This document shows positions 39,166 through 49,217 of a stretch of DNA of 64,000 nt, piece by piece (position 1 is the stretch's first letter; every line of letters begins with the position of its first letter). The translations under genes and the position numbers were made by a program. A model generated the notes under the pieces. The model had not been told where the DNA came from and ran no database searches. It was given only the letters and a program-made list of their open reading frames with translations. The DNA comes from Patescibacteria group bacterium (GTDB lineage Bacteria > Patescibacteriota > Microgenomatia > Levybacterales > UBA12049), in contig JBBTTO010000002.1 of NCBI GenBank assembly GCA_038064195.1, positions 466,387 through 530,386 on the forward strand. Direction: 5' to 3'.

Positions 39166-40549
39166 TCCGTACACAATTATCTGTTTTGCTTTTTTCATTG
39201 CCTATTCAGTACTTGGGATCATCCGTCATAATTATTATGGCTCGTTCGGCGCAGATTTAGGATTTATCGACCGTCAATTTTGGATTTATAGTAACTATAG
39301 CCTTGAAGGGTTGCTTTCTGGGAGTCATTTTGAACTTACTTCTCTTCTCTTATCTCCTTTATATTGGTTATGGTCAGATCCCCGCATGCTTGTTATATTT
39401 CAATCTTTTATTATCACATTCTCAGGGCTTGCTGTTTTTTTTCTGGCAAAGAAAAGAAAACTCATCACACCCCTTTGTTATGTACTCCTACTTTCATATT
39501 TGATGTTTTTCGGTGTACAAAACGCGTTATGGTTTGACGTGCATACATCGGTATGGGGAACAGCTTTTTTTATGTGGTTTATCTACTTTATGGATAACGA
39601 TAATAGAAAGTTAAGTATTATTACTTTCCTTCTTGCTATCGGGTCCAAAGAGAATATGGCAGCCTATGTTTTTTTATTTTGTGGAGTATATTTTCTCTGG
39701 ACTCGTAAAAAAGAGGCTCTTTTCTTTACAATTGCTTCAGTTGCATACCTTTTTCTTATCTTTAAAATCATTTTCCCCGCAATTTTGCCTAGTGGTTATT
39801 CATACTCAAGTCAACAAGGGTTAGTGTCAGGTAGTCCGTTACAGTTGTTTGATACTGCTACCAAAAGAGAGACATTTTTTTATACCTTTGCCTGGGTAGG
39901 CTTTTTACCTCTTACTGTTCCTCTTTTTATACTTCCGATTCTCGGTAATCTTACCTCTTATTTTATTTTGGGAAGGGAATACGTAGCTGCACATTCAATT
40001 TTTATGCATTATCGGGTAGACCTGACGCCTTTGCTTTTTTCAGCTTTGGTCTTTTCTCTGGCTCGTTACAAGTGGCTGAACACTAAATATATCGCGGGGT
40101 ATTTGCTTATCTGTTTATTGCTTGGTCAGTATATCCTTCATCTACCACTGAGTTATCTTACAAAAAAATGGTTTTGGACACAGCCCAGCGGTGTACCGTC
40201 CATTAATAAGTTAATCCCTCAGTTATCTGCAGAGAGTAGTTTGGCAGTGCAAAACAATATTTTTCCGCATGTAAGTCAAAGAACAGACATTTCTGACTTG
40301 TGGCCGGATGAGAGGACATTTAAGACAAATTCTCCTTGCGGGATGGAGCATTGCCCGTGGCTCAGGTGGACCAACGATCCAGAATACATCATTGTCGACC
40401 TTTCACCTGAGTGGGATATCAGGCACCTCCTGCAACAAAATAAAGAATATACCCAGGCAGTACAGGGCATGGAAAAAGCAGGAATAATCAAGCTCTATAA
40501 GCAAGAAGGCACTGCGAGGATCTACAAAGTCCTCAAAAGAGCTAAATAA
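39143..40549 (+). CDS. Polytopic membrane protein (DUF2079-like?), uncharacterised
   Basis: 468 aa and very hydrophobic with many helices. Any family resemblance is from memory only. Confidence 0.4.
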   Translation: MKLTKLVNPYTIICFAFFIAYSVLGIIRHNYYGSFGADLGFIDRQFWIYSNYSLEGLLSGSHFELTSLLLSPLYWLWSDPRMLVIFQSFIITFSGLAVFFLAKKRKLITPLCYVLLLSYLMFFGVQNALWFDVHTSVWGTAFFMWFIYFMDNDNRKLSIITFLLAIGSKENMAAYVFLFCGVYFLWTRKKEALFFTIASVAYLFLIFKIIFPAILPSGYSYSSQQGLVSGSPLQLFDTATKRETFFYTFAWVGFLPLTVPLFILPILGNLTSYFILGREYVAAHSIFMHYRVDLTPLLFSALVFSLARYKWLNTKYIAGYLLICLLLGQYILHLPLSYLTKKWFWTQPSGVPSINKLIPQLSAESSLAVQNNIFPHVSQRTDISDLWPDERTFKTNSPCGMEHCPWLRWTNDPEYIIVDLSPEWDIRHLLQQNKEYTQAVQGMEKAGIIKLYKQEGTARIYKVLKRAK

Positions 40550-40582
40550 ATTCAACCGAATTTGGTTAAATAGCCTCAAACG

Positions 40583-40591
40583 TGATACAAT
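40583..40591 (+). promoter_or_regulatory. Extended −10 TGATACAAT, 6 nt upstream of the 40598 ATG (leaderless arrangement)
   Basis: TGnTACAAT in a 48-nt gap. The predicted TSS coincides with the A of the ATG. Confidence 0.35.
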
Positions 40592-40597
40592 TACCGG

Positions 40598-41533
40598 ATG
40601 AAATTAAGTATTGTTGTCCCTGTCTATAATGAAGAGGAGAGTTTGCCGCATTTTTACGTTGAACTCGCTAAGGTTTTGCGTGGAATAAAGAAAGATTATG
40701 AAATAATTTTTGTCGATGATGGCTCAAAGGATAGATCTTTTACCTACCTCAAAACACTTGAGAAAAAAGATAGTCATGTCAGGCTTTTTTCCTTTCGCAA
40801 AAATTTAGGTAAGGCTGAAGCACTTTCCCTAGGGTTTCTTAAAGCTAAAGGCGAGATCGTCATAACGCTTGATGCAGATCTTCAGGATCAGCCATCAGAG
40901 ATCCATAATCTTCTCAAAAAACATCAAGAAGGCTTTGATGTGGTGTGTGGTTGGAGAAAATATCGAAAGGATGCTCAAAAGATGAAATTCATCTCAAAAG
41001 TGTTTAATGGTGTTCTTAACAAGGTCTTTGATCTGTCAATTCATGACTATAATTGCGGTCTCAAACTCTATACAAATGAGGCTGCCAAGAGCCTCCATCT
41101 TTATGGGGGACTCCACAGATTTATTCCCATCATGGTTTATGAACAAGGCTTTTCAATTACTGAGATACCTGTAACTCATGAAGTTCGTAAATTCGGGCAG
41201 TCAAAGTACACATTTAATAAAATTAAAAATCTTCCCGATATGTTTACTATGCTATTTTTGATGAAATATATGAAGCGCCCCCTGCATTTTTTTGGAGCAG
41301 TTGGAGGACTTTTTAGTATGCTCGGTGTAATAATTCTCTCTTATCTCTCAATCCTCCATTTTCTAGGCGAATCAATCGGTCGACGACCGCTCCTTATTTT
41401 CGGTTTTGTTTTTGTGGTAGCGGGACTGCAAATCTTTTTTACAGGATTTTTAGCTGAGCTTCTGATTAACCTCTCCCAAAAAGGAGAGGAACATAATTAT
41501 CCTCTTAAATATATTTCGCCAAGAAGTGCCTAA
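40598..41533 (+). CDS. GtrB/ArnC-like polyprenol-phosphate glycosyltransferase (GT2 with two C-terminal TM helices)
   Basis: LSIVVPVYNEEESL...IIFVDDGSKD and ITLDADLQDQP motifs. C-terminal FFGAVGGLFSMLGVIIL and LLIFGFVFVVAGLQIFFTGFL helices, as in GtrB/ArnC/DPM1-type enzymes. Confidence 0.8.
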   Translation: MKLSIVVPVYNEEESLPHFYVELAKVLRGIKKDYEIIFVDDGSKDRSFTYLKTLEKKDSHVRLFSFRKNLGKAEALSLGFLKAKGEIVITLDADLQDQPSEIHNLLKKHQEGFDVVCGWRKYRKDAQKMKFISKVFNGVLNKVFDLSIHDYNCGLKLYTNEAAKSLHLYGGLHRFIPIMVYEQGFSITEIPVTHEVRKFGQSKYTFNKIKNLPDMFTMLFLMKYMKRPLHFFGAVGGLFSMLGVIILSYLSILHFLGESIGRRPLLIFGFVFVVAGLQIFFTGFLAELLINLSQKGEEHNYPLKYISPRSA

Positions 41534-41598
41534 TTAGCTCATGTTGACATGCTCCTGCCGCTCAGGCATGCTAATAGAAGGTTTGTCTGTAAAAATAT

Positions 41599-42132
41599 AT
41601 GAAAATAGGTATCGACATCTCTCAACTTTCCTATCGTAATACTGGTGTTTCTAACTATCTCAAACACCTTGTAAAAGGGTTAATCGATACTGATCAGGAG
41701 AATGAATATATTCTTTTTTACTCTTCACTTCGCGGTCGACTTGATCTCCAGGACATTCCGCAGAAAAAAAACGTGAGACTAGTAAAGAGCTTCCTCCCAC
41801 CAACAGCACTTGATTTTATCTGGAACAAACTTCATATAGTACCTATTGAAATCTTTACCGGTTCTCTTGATATCTTTATTACCTCAGATTGGGTAGAGCC
41901 TCCGACGAAGGCAGCCAAGAAGGCCACCATTCTCTATGACCTGATTGTTTATAAATATCCCCAGGAGTCAACAAGTAAAATTGTCTCGACACAAAAGAAT
42001 AAATTAAAGTGGGTTAAAAAAGAAAGCGATGCGATCTTATGTATCTCTGAGGCCACAAAAAAAGATGCACAAAATCTACTGGGAATTAGCCAGGACAAAT
42101 TACATGTTATTTATCCCGGTTTTACTTTATGA
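41599..42132 (+). pseudogene. Truncated GT4 fragment (N-terminal Rossmann domain only, 177 aa)
   Basis: Resembles the N-terminal domains of 20473 and 50395 (MKIGIDIS...). It ends at HVIYPGFTL, where the intact neighbour continues HVIYPGIKP... with a C-terminal EX7E domain. No C-terminal half is present. Confidence 0.45.
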
Positions 42133-43262
42133 AAATAGCTGTAGATGCAAATGAGGCTAATGTTACTAAAAAAGTCGGTATAAGTGAGTATGCTTTCGAA
42201 CTGATAAAACAATTTGAAAAGCTTCAAACATCAAATTATAACTTTCAAATTTATCTGAAAGACCGACCAAGTTCTGATTTTCCGCCACAGGGAGCCAATT
42301 GGCACTACAAGATTTTCGGACCTAAGAAACTCTGGACTCAATTTGCTCTGCCTGTAAGTTTGTTTTTCAAAAAGGATAGACCGGATGTTTTTTTCTCACT
42401 AACTCACTATGGCCCCCGTTTTTCACCTGTCCCGACAGTGATCTCGATTATGGACCTGGCCTTTTTCCATTTTCCCGAGTATTTTACCGCAAAAGACCTC
42501 AATCAGCTCAAGAGTTGGACCGGCTATTCAGTCAGGAACGCCAAGGCTATTATTACCATTAGCGAGGCTTCTAAAAATGATATAATCAAATGGTACGGTA
42601 TAGACGGAAGTCGTATTCATGTGATCTATCCGGGTATAAAACCGACCATCACGCTCACTCCGCATATTTATTCTATGGAGGAACTGCAAACAAAGTACAA
42701 AATTAGTAAAAATTATATCCTTTTCGTCGGGACGCTTCAGCCTCGCAAAAATATCACTCGACTTATTGAAGCTTTTTCTCTTTTAATCAAGAAAAAACCA
42801 CATACTGACTCAGATCTGCAGCTTGTCATCGTCGGTAAAAAAGGTTGGAAATATGAGGAAATTCTTGAGGCGCCGCAGAAATACGGAGTGGAGGACAGGG
42901 TTACATTTGTTGATTTTGTAACGGATGAGGATCTGATCCTTTTTTATAAAAATGCATTATGCTTTGCTTGGCCGAGTCTGTATGAGGGATTTGGCTTACC
43001 CATTTTAGAGGCCATGAAGCTTGGTTGTCCGGTTGTTACCAGCAATGTGAGTAGTTTGCCTGAAGCGGGAGGGGATGCGGTTCTCTATGTCGATCCTGAA
43101 GATGTTTCCGATATTACTGATAAGTTAGACCAAGTTGCCTCAGATCCTAGGCTTCGCAAAACAATGATCGAAAAAGGCCACAGGCAAGTTCAGAAATTCA
43201 GTTGGGAAAAATCTGCCAAAGAGACTCTTGCAGTCCTGGAACAGGTTGTTAAGAATAAATAG
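42129..43262 (+). CDS. GT4 glycosyltransferase
   Basis: YEGFGLPILEAMKLGCPVV EX7E motif. ATGA overlap with the upstream fragment. Confidence 0.8.
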   Translation: MKIAVDANEANVTKKVGISEYAFELIKQFEKLQTSNYNFQIYLKDRPSSDFPPQGANWHYKIFGPKKLWTQFALPVSLFFKKDRPDVFFSLTHYGPRFSPVPTVISIMDLAFFHFPEYFTAKDLNQLKSWTGYSVRNAKAIITISEASKNDIIKWYGIDGSRIHVIYPGIKPTITLTPHIYSMEELQTKYKISKNYILFVGTLQPRKNITRLIEAFSLLIKKKPHTDSDLQLVIVGKKGWKYEEILEAPQKYGVEDRVTFVDFVTDEDLILFYKNALCFAWPSLYEGFGLPILEAMKLGCPVVTSNVSSLPEAGGDAVLYVDPEDVSDITDKLDQVASDPRLRKTMIEKGHRQVQKFSWEKSAKETLAVLEQVVKNK

Positions 43263-43263
43263 T

Positions 43264-43869
43264 ATGCAAGATAAAACAGGAAAAAAACTTTCGACTGCTC
43301 AAGTCATTACCAAAGGAACAAATCGGGTCTCTGCAATTATTCTGGAACTTACCAATTTCGTTCTCCATATTGTTGGGTGTATTCCGTCACATCATGTACG
43401 GAGGTTTTTTTATCGTCTGGCAGGGATAAAGATCGGACGAGGTTCGAGTATTCACATGGGGGCACGTTTTTATGAGCCTGATAATATACGCATTGGTAAA
43501 GATACTATTATAGGCGAGTATGCAGTATTGGATGGTAGAGATGAACTTATTATCGGAGACCATGTAGATATTGCATCAGAAGTAATGATCTATAACTCCC
43601 AGCATAATATTCATTCAGATCATTTTGCTGCTGTTGAGGATGTAACTAGGCAAAAAGTTGTTATTGAAGATTATGTATTTATCGGGCCACGGGCAATCAT
43701 CCTGCCGGGAGTCACATTGGGTAAAGGTGCCGTAGTGGGGGCAGGTGCTGTCGTAACAAAAGATGTGAAGCCATTTATGATTGTCGGCGGAGTTCCTGCC
43801 AAGGAGATCGGAGAGCGGGAGAATAAAAATCCAGCTTACAAGCTCGGGAGGGCGGCATGGTTTCGTTAG
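43264..43869 (+). CDS. Hexapeptide-repeat (left-handed beta-helix) sugar acetyltransferase
   Basis: Repeating [LIV]G..xx[LIV] hexads: IGKDTIIGEYAVL, IGDHVDIASEVMI, IGPRAIILPGVTLGKGAVVGAGAVV. Start placed at the ATG 1 nt after the upstream stop. Confidence 0.8.
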   Translation: MQDKTGKKLSTAQVITKGTNRVSAIILELTNFVLHIVGCIPSHHVRRFFYRLAGIKIGRGSSIHMGARFYEPDNIRIGKDTIIGEYAVLDGRDELIIGDHVDIASEVMIYNSQHNIHSDHFAAVEDVTRQKVVIEDYVFIGPRAIILPGVTLGKGAVVGAGAVVTKDVKPFMIVGGVPAKEIGERENKNPAYKLGRAAWFR

Positions 43870-44708
43870 TTATCCTCTCCTACAATAAAAGAGATCTTAC
43901 TGCCGAGTGCTTGACGACAGTTTTCAAGCACATTCCGGCTCGTGAGGCAGAGGTCATTGTCGTTGATAACGCCTCAACTGATGACAGTGTCGCCTATATT
44001 AAAAAAAATTTCCCCAAAGTAAAACTTATCGAGAATAACCGTAACGCCGGTTTTGCCGGAGGATGCAATGTGGGCGCCAAACATGCCAAAGGTGATTATC
44101 TCCTCTTTCTTAACAATGATGCCAAACTATCAGACAATCCTCTGACTGCCATGATTGAAGCTTTCAGTACTCATCCGGATGCCGGTATAGTCGGAGGTCT
44201 TCTAGTCAATCACAACGGGAGCCTGCAACGATCATTTGGGGCATTTTACACCGTGATAAATGTAGCGTATCTCCTTTTTGCCGGGGAGAGCGGGGAGCTC
44301 AAACGGTTCCAGAGCAAAGGCGTAAATGCTACTGACTGGGTTAGCGGGGGGTTCATGTTAATAAGGCGTGATGTTTTTGAGAAAGTGAAAGGCTTTAACG
44401 AGTCATACTTTATGTACATTGAGGACATGGATCTCTGTTATAGAGTCAAAAAAGCAGGTTTTGCCGTCTATAATACCCCGCACGCACGAGTCGAGCATTT
44501 GGGCCAGGGGAGTACCAACAAAACGTTTGCGATCGTTCATATTTTTGAAGGACTGCAGATTTTCTATAAGCAGCAGCGAAGTATACTTGAATATTATATG
44601 ATTAAATTGCTCTTATTTATCAAAGCAAGTATTTCGCTCCTTGTCGGACTCGTGACTTTTAACAAATATCTTATTACGACATATTACGCTGCATTAAAAA
44701 CTTTATGA
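43857..44708 (+). CDS. GT2 glycosyltransferase
   Basis: VSLVILSYNKRDLTAECL...VIVVDNASTDDS, FLNNDA and FMYIEDMDLCYRVKKAGF motifs. Confidence 0.8.
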   Translation: MVSLVILSYNKRDLTAECLTTVFKHIPAREAEVIVVDNASTDDSVAYIKKNFPKVKLIENNRNAGFAGGCNVGAKHAKGDYLLFLNNDAKLSDNPLTAMIEAFSTHPDAGIVGGLLVNHNGSLQRSFGAFYTVINVAYLLFAGESGELKRFQSKGVNATDWVSGGFMLIRRDVFEKVKGFNESYFMYIEDMDLCYRVKKAGFAVYNTPHARVEHLGQGSTNKTFAIVHIFEGLQIFYKQQRSILEYYMIKLLLFIKASISLLVGLVTFNKYLITTYYAALKTL

Positions 44709-47700
44709 AGATTTTAGGTTGGATCAAAAATAACTATCTCTTACTCCTTACGCTTTTTTTACTGGCATTTATTCCGCTTTATCCTAAATTCCCGCTTTTT
44801 GATATCAAACATACCTGGGTTTATATCAGAGTTGAGGATTTTGTCATAGCGTTTGCATGGCTGATTTTTCTTATTTCGTATATTCGTAAGAAAGCAACAA
44901 TCAATACGCCGATCTCGTATCCGATTCTTGTATTTTGGATTGTTGGGTTGGTTGCGACTTTGTCGGGTATTATATTTATTTTCCCGAAATTAGAAGGGGT
45001 TTTTTCAAGCCTGGCTATCCTTAACTATCTTCGTCGGGTTGAGTATCTCTCAGTATTTTTTCTGGCCTATTCAGCTATCAAAGATCGTAAGATGATCAAC
45101 CCTCTGGTCGCTACTTTGACGTCTACTCTCATAGCAGTTTTTATTTATGGACTCGGTCAGAGATTGTGGGGCTTCCCGGCATTTCTGACCATGAATGAGG
45201 AGTTTGCCAAGGGTATTCCGCTTCGCCTTTCAGCCTTAGCGCGTATTCCTTCGACCTTTGCCGGACATTACGATCTGGCGGCATACTTGATCCTGATGAT
45301 CCCCATCATCGGCAGTCTGGTTTTCGGTTATAAAAAGTTGTATCTAAAAGTCATTTTTTTTCTGACTGCTACCGCCGGTCTTATCTTGCTTCTCATGACT
45401 GCTTCACGTGTTTCGTTTGCCGTTTATATGATTTCAATTGCTCTAATGCTCATTTTCCAAAAACAAAAGAAATTTATTATTCCGGTTTTTATCTTAAGTA
45501 TTATCTTACTCAAATCATTTGGCGGTATTTCAGCCCGTTTTGCTCAGACATTTACACAGGTTGACCTGGTTGTGGATTCCCGGACCGGTAAAGCCATAGG
45601 TGTTGCCTCTGATATCGGGAACGGCACTATCACCATTGAAGACAAACAATCAAATGGCGAAAATTTGCCGACCGGCTCTCAATATATTAATCTTCCTCAG
45701 AACTCAGGTAGCGTTCAGACCTCACAAATTACCTACAAAAAATTAAAGCCTGGATCCAACCAACAGGAGATTATCAGCAAAGCAGGTACGGTTATCGTTA
45801 AAAAAGCCTTTGCTTATGATGTCTCATTTACGACCCGGTTCCAAGGCGAATGGCCCAATGCTATAAAGGCTTTCAAGCGTAACCTCCTGCTCGGCAGCGG
45901 CTATTCATCAATTACTCTTGCCACAGATAATAGCTTTTTACGTATGTTAGGGGAGACCGGTCTCTTAGGATTTTTCTCTTTTATATTTATTTTTGTCTTT
46001 GTCGGTATTTATCTGTGGCGGATTGTTCCTGAGATTGAGGATAAACGTATCGCAAGTCTTATTTATGGCGTTATGGCAGGGGTAGTAGGTCTTGCCCTAA
46101 ATGCTATCCTGATTGATGTTTTTGAGGCTTCTAAAGTGGCTTTTGTTCTGTGGCTGACGTTAGGAGCAACCATAGGCCTGGCCCATCTTTATCAGAAGAA
46201 AAAGATTGATTATCTGACTGAAATTAAAAGGATTTTCAGCTCCGTTCCCAGCTATGTTGTTATCCTATTTACCATCGGTTTTCTGGTTTTCTCGATGATT
46301 CTTACCAACTACTTTATCGGCGATGATTTTACCTGGCTGCGGTGGGCCGCAGATTGTCAGCAATTACTCCAGCAGACCGGTCTTAAGCAGTGCGGATCTG
46401 TTATCCCGACAATCACCCATTTCTTTACTGACTCAGAAGGATTTTTCTATCGCCCGGGCACAAAAAGTTATTTCTTTTTAGCCTATCCGTTTTTTGAACT
46501 TTTTCCGCTGCCTTTTCACATCGTTTCGATCCTTTTGCATATCTCAGCCAGCACGTTAGTTTTTTTCATCGGCAAAAAACTGCTTAGAAGTAATACCTTC
46601 GGGTTTATTGCGGCTCTCTTGTTCTTACTTTTGAGTGTTCACGCAGAGGCTGTCTACTGGTCATCGGTGACCGGTCATATGGTCACGACCAACTTACTCC
46701 TTCTGTCCTTCTTAAGTTATATGTACTGGCGTGAGACTAAACGTATTATTCTCTTTATTATTCCGGTTCTCGCGACATTTTTCTCAATGTTTTTTCATGA
46801 ATTCGGGACGACGGGTCCGCTGCTTTTGCTAGCCTATGACCTTATACATAGTGGCAAAAGTGTCTTAAAGCAACCCTTACGCAAATGGTATTATTTGATT
46901 CTTCTCTCACCGGTTGTTTTATATTACTTTATGCGAGTGAGCGCACAGAGTGTGTGGTTTCAGGGAGATTACAGTTACAACCTGTCCAAGTTACCCTTCA
47001 ATGTAGTAGGCAACCTTTTTGGTTACCTGATGATAACAGTCGTCGGTCCGGTCTTCCTCCCGATCTATGACAACCTCAGAGTTCAGAGCGCTCACTCACT
47101 GGTTATAACAGGGATAGTGCTTTTATTCCTCGTTTGTGGTCTGGTCATTCTTTTTCTTAAGAAATTCAGGCATATTTCTTCCAATACAAGATTTTTTCTC
47201 CTGGTAGCATTTGCTCTAACTATTATTCCTCTCCTTCCTTTCTTGGGTTTAGGTAATATTACGGCCAGATACGCCTATACAGGTTCAGTTGGAATTGTTC
47301 TCATCGCTGCTTTTCTGCTTCAGAAATTATTCCACAAAATGAGAAGACAGGTGGTCGGTGTTGGAGTAATAATCATAGTCTGTACAGGATATATTTTTAC
47401 ACAGTATTCACAATTATTGAAAATCAACCGCGATTGGGCTCGCGCAGGGGAGATTACGAACAACTTTTTAGTCAGTTTGAATGTTACTTATTCTCAACCC
47501 GGCACACTGCCTTTGCAACCGACCTTTTATTTTATCAATATCCCGATCCGTTATGGTGACGCTTGGGTCTTTCCTGTAGGACTACCTGATGCGCTGTGGT
47601 TTTCTTTCCAAAATACACCCATTAACGTTATTACAACGGCAACTGAGGCTGAGGCGAAGAGAGCCATTTTGATGGACAAGAACTCAAAAGCCTTTAAGTT

Positions 47701-47788
47701 TGACAAAGACGGCAATCTTTTCGAGTTAGCTATTCCTACTCCAGCTCTTCCTCCTGTTAAGACAGACTCAAACACGTATGGTCAGTAA
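44705..47788 (+). CDS. O-antigen ligase/polymerase-like (Wzy_C-type) domain fused to a second polytopic membrane domain (1027 aa)
   Basis: N-terminal about 500 aa: roughly 10 helices with a large extracytoplasmic loop around residues 270–400, and LGSGYSSITLATDNSFLRMLGETGLLGF after it, as in WaaL/Wzy/PglL-type proteins. The C-terminal about 520 aa hold another 10 or so helices of unknown family. Confidence 0.55.
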   Translation: MKILGWIKNNYLLLLTLFLLAFIPLYPKFPLFDIKHTWVYIRVEDFVIAFAWLIFLISYIRKKATINTPISYPILVFWIVGLVATLSGIIFIFPKLEGVFSSLAILNYLRRVEYLSVFFLAYSAIKDRKMINPLVATLTSTLIAVFIYGLGQRLWGFPAFLTMNEEFAKGIPLRLSALARIPSTFAGHYDLAAYLILMIPIIGSLVFGYKKLYLKVIFFLTATAGLILLLMTASRVSFAVYMISIALMLIFQKQKKFIIPVFILSIILLKSFGGISARFAQTFTQVDLVVDSRTGKAIGVASDIGNGTITIEDKQSNGENLPTGSQYINLPQNSGSVQTSQITYKKLKPGSNQQEIISKAGTVIVKKAFAYDVSFTTRFQGEWPNAIKAFKRNLLLGSGYSSITLATDNSFLRMLGETGLLGFFSFIFIFVFVGIYLWRIVPEIEDKRIASLIYGVMAGVVGLALNAILIDVFEASKVAFVLWLTLGATIGLAHLYQKKKIDYLTEIKRIFSSVPSYVVILFTIGFLVFSMILTNYFIGDDFTWLRWAADCQQLLQQTGLKQCGSVIPTITHFFTDSEGFFYRPGTKSYFFLAYPFFELFPLPFHIVSILLHISASTLVFFIGKKLLRSNTFGFIAALLFLLLSVHAEAVYWSSVTGHMVTTNLLLLSFLSYMYWRETKRIILFIIPVLATFFSMFFHEFGTTGPLLLLAYDLIHSGKSVLKQPLRKWYYLILLSPVVLYYFMRVSAQSVWFQGDYSYNLSKLPFNVVGNLFGYLMITVVGPVFLPIYDNLRVQSAHSLVITGIVLLFLVCGLVILFLKKFRHISSNTRFFLLVAFALTIIPLLPFLGLGNITARYAYTGSVGIVLIAAFLLQKLFHKMRRQVVGVGVIIIVCTGYIFTQYSQLLKINRDWARAGEITNNFLVSLNVTYSQPGTLPLQPTFYFINIPIRYGDAWVFPVGLPDALWFSFQNTPINVITTATEAEAKRAILMDKNSKAFKFDKDGNLFELAIPTPALPPVKTDSNTYGQ

Positions 47789-49217
47789 ATCATCTGCAAT
47801 CAGGCTACTCTTTGTAATACTTGTCTTAGGATTTTTAGTCAGGCTTTATAGGTTTGATAGTCCTATCGCGGACTGGCACAGCTGGCGTCAGGCTGACACT
47901 TCCGCCGTGTCACGTAATTTTGCCACGTATGGTTTTGATATACTCCATCCCCGTTTTGATGATTTGTCTAATGTCCCATCAGGGCTGGAAAACCCCCGGG
48001 GTTATCGTTTTGTTGAATTTCCGATCTACAATATTGCCCAAGCTGGCTTGTTCAGAATTTTTGGGGTCATTACCATTGAAGAGTGGGGAAGACTGATTAC
48101 TATCCTTACATCTCTGGCGGGTAGCTTTTTTCTTTATAAAATTGTGTCTAAATACTCGGGTGAGACTGCCGGACTGGCGAGCGCATTCTTTTATACCTTT
48201 TTACCTTTTAATATTTATTATGGTCGTACTATTTTGCCTGATCCGACCATGGTAGCAACACTCCTGAGTTCGATATATTTTTTTAGCAGGTGGATAGACA
48301 GCAAAACCAAACCCTGGTCTATTTTATCGGCAGCAACCATACTGCTGGCTGTCTCTCTTTTACTTAAGCCATACGCGCTTTTCTATGCGTTAGTTTTTCT
48401 GGCTCTGATCTACAAAGAATTTGGAACCGGTATGTTCAAGCAGCTCAAGCTTTATATTTTCGCCCTTGTGGCCGTTGTGCCACTTATTGCCTGGAGACTA
48501 TGGATCACAAATTATCCTGAGGGTATCCCTGCCAGCGCCTGGTTGTTTAACGGCAACGGTATCAGATTCCGTCCGGCTTTTTTTCGTTGGATAGGATATG
48601 AGCGATTGATCAAGCTTATATCAGGGTATATAGGCATTATTTTGGTGATTTTCGGGCTTTACCAACTCAGATTTGAAAAAGCCCGATTGCTTTATTCTGC
48701 CTTTCTCCTCAGCTCCAGTATCTATGTAGTTGTCCTGGCAACCGGTAATGTTCAGCATGATTATTATCAGATAGTCATTATGCCCAGTGTTGCGATTATA
48801 TTCGGACTGGGAGCCAGATTTTTATTAGAAAGCAAAAAAATCAGTTTTTTCCATTTTAATAGACTCTTGCTTGCTTTCATAATTTTTATCGCCTTTAGTA
48901 TGAGTTGGCTGCAGGTACGTGACTATTTTAATATCAACAACCGCTCAATAGTCATTGCCGGTGAGGCTATAGATCGGATGATACCTAAAGACGCCAAAAT
49001 TATTGCTAACTATAACGGTGATACATCATTTCTTTATCAGACGAAGCGCAAAGGCTGGGCTAGTTTTGAAAAGCCGTTACCCGAGATGATCACGATGGGG
49101 GCAGACTACCTCGCGTTGGCTAATCCGACTAAAGTCGATGAGGGATTGGGTCAGACTTACAAAATAATTAAAAAGACGAAAGACTATCTACTGCTTGATT
49201 TACACCGAAAACCATGA
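47778..49217 (+). CDS. Polytopic GT-C glycosyltransferase, PMT_2/ArnT-like
   Basis: WHSWRQADTSAVSRNF follows the first helix; I recall this as a PMT_2-type signature loop. 479 aa with about 11 helices. Confidence 0.55.
   Translation: MVSKSSAIRLLFVILVLGFLVRLYRFDSPIADWHSWRQADTSAVSRNFATYGFDILHPRFDDLSNVPSGLENPRGYRFVEFPIYNIAQAGLFRIFGVITIEEWGRLITILTSLAGSFFLYKIVSKYSGETAGLASAFFYTFLPFNIYYGRTILPDPTMVATLLSSIYFFSRWIDSKTKPWSILSAATILLAVSLLLKPYALFYALVFLALIYKEFGTGMFKQLKLYIFALVAVVPLIAWRLWITNYPEGIPASAWLFNGNGIRFRPAFFRWIGYERLIKLISGYIGIILVIFGLYQLRFEKARLLYSAFLLSSSIYVVVLATGNVQHDYYQIVIMPSVAIIFGLGARFLLESKKISFFHFNRLLLAFIIFIAFSMSWLQVRDYFNINNRSIVIAGEAIDRMIPKDAKIIANYNGDTSFLYQTKRKGWASFEKPLPEMITMGADYLALANPTKVDEGLGQTYKIIKKTKDYLLLDLHRKP

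Noticed and set aside
41534-41598. Promoter-like TTGACA plus TAATAG and a partial palindrome (CATGTTGACATG) upstream of the truncated GT4 fragment
   Set aside because: The −10 candidate is poor and the palindrome is short (4–5 bp arms). Not convincing enough to call a feature.
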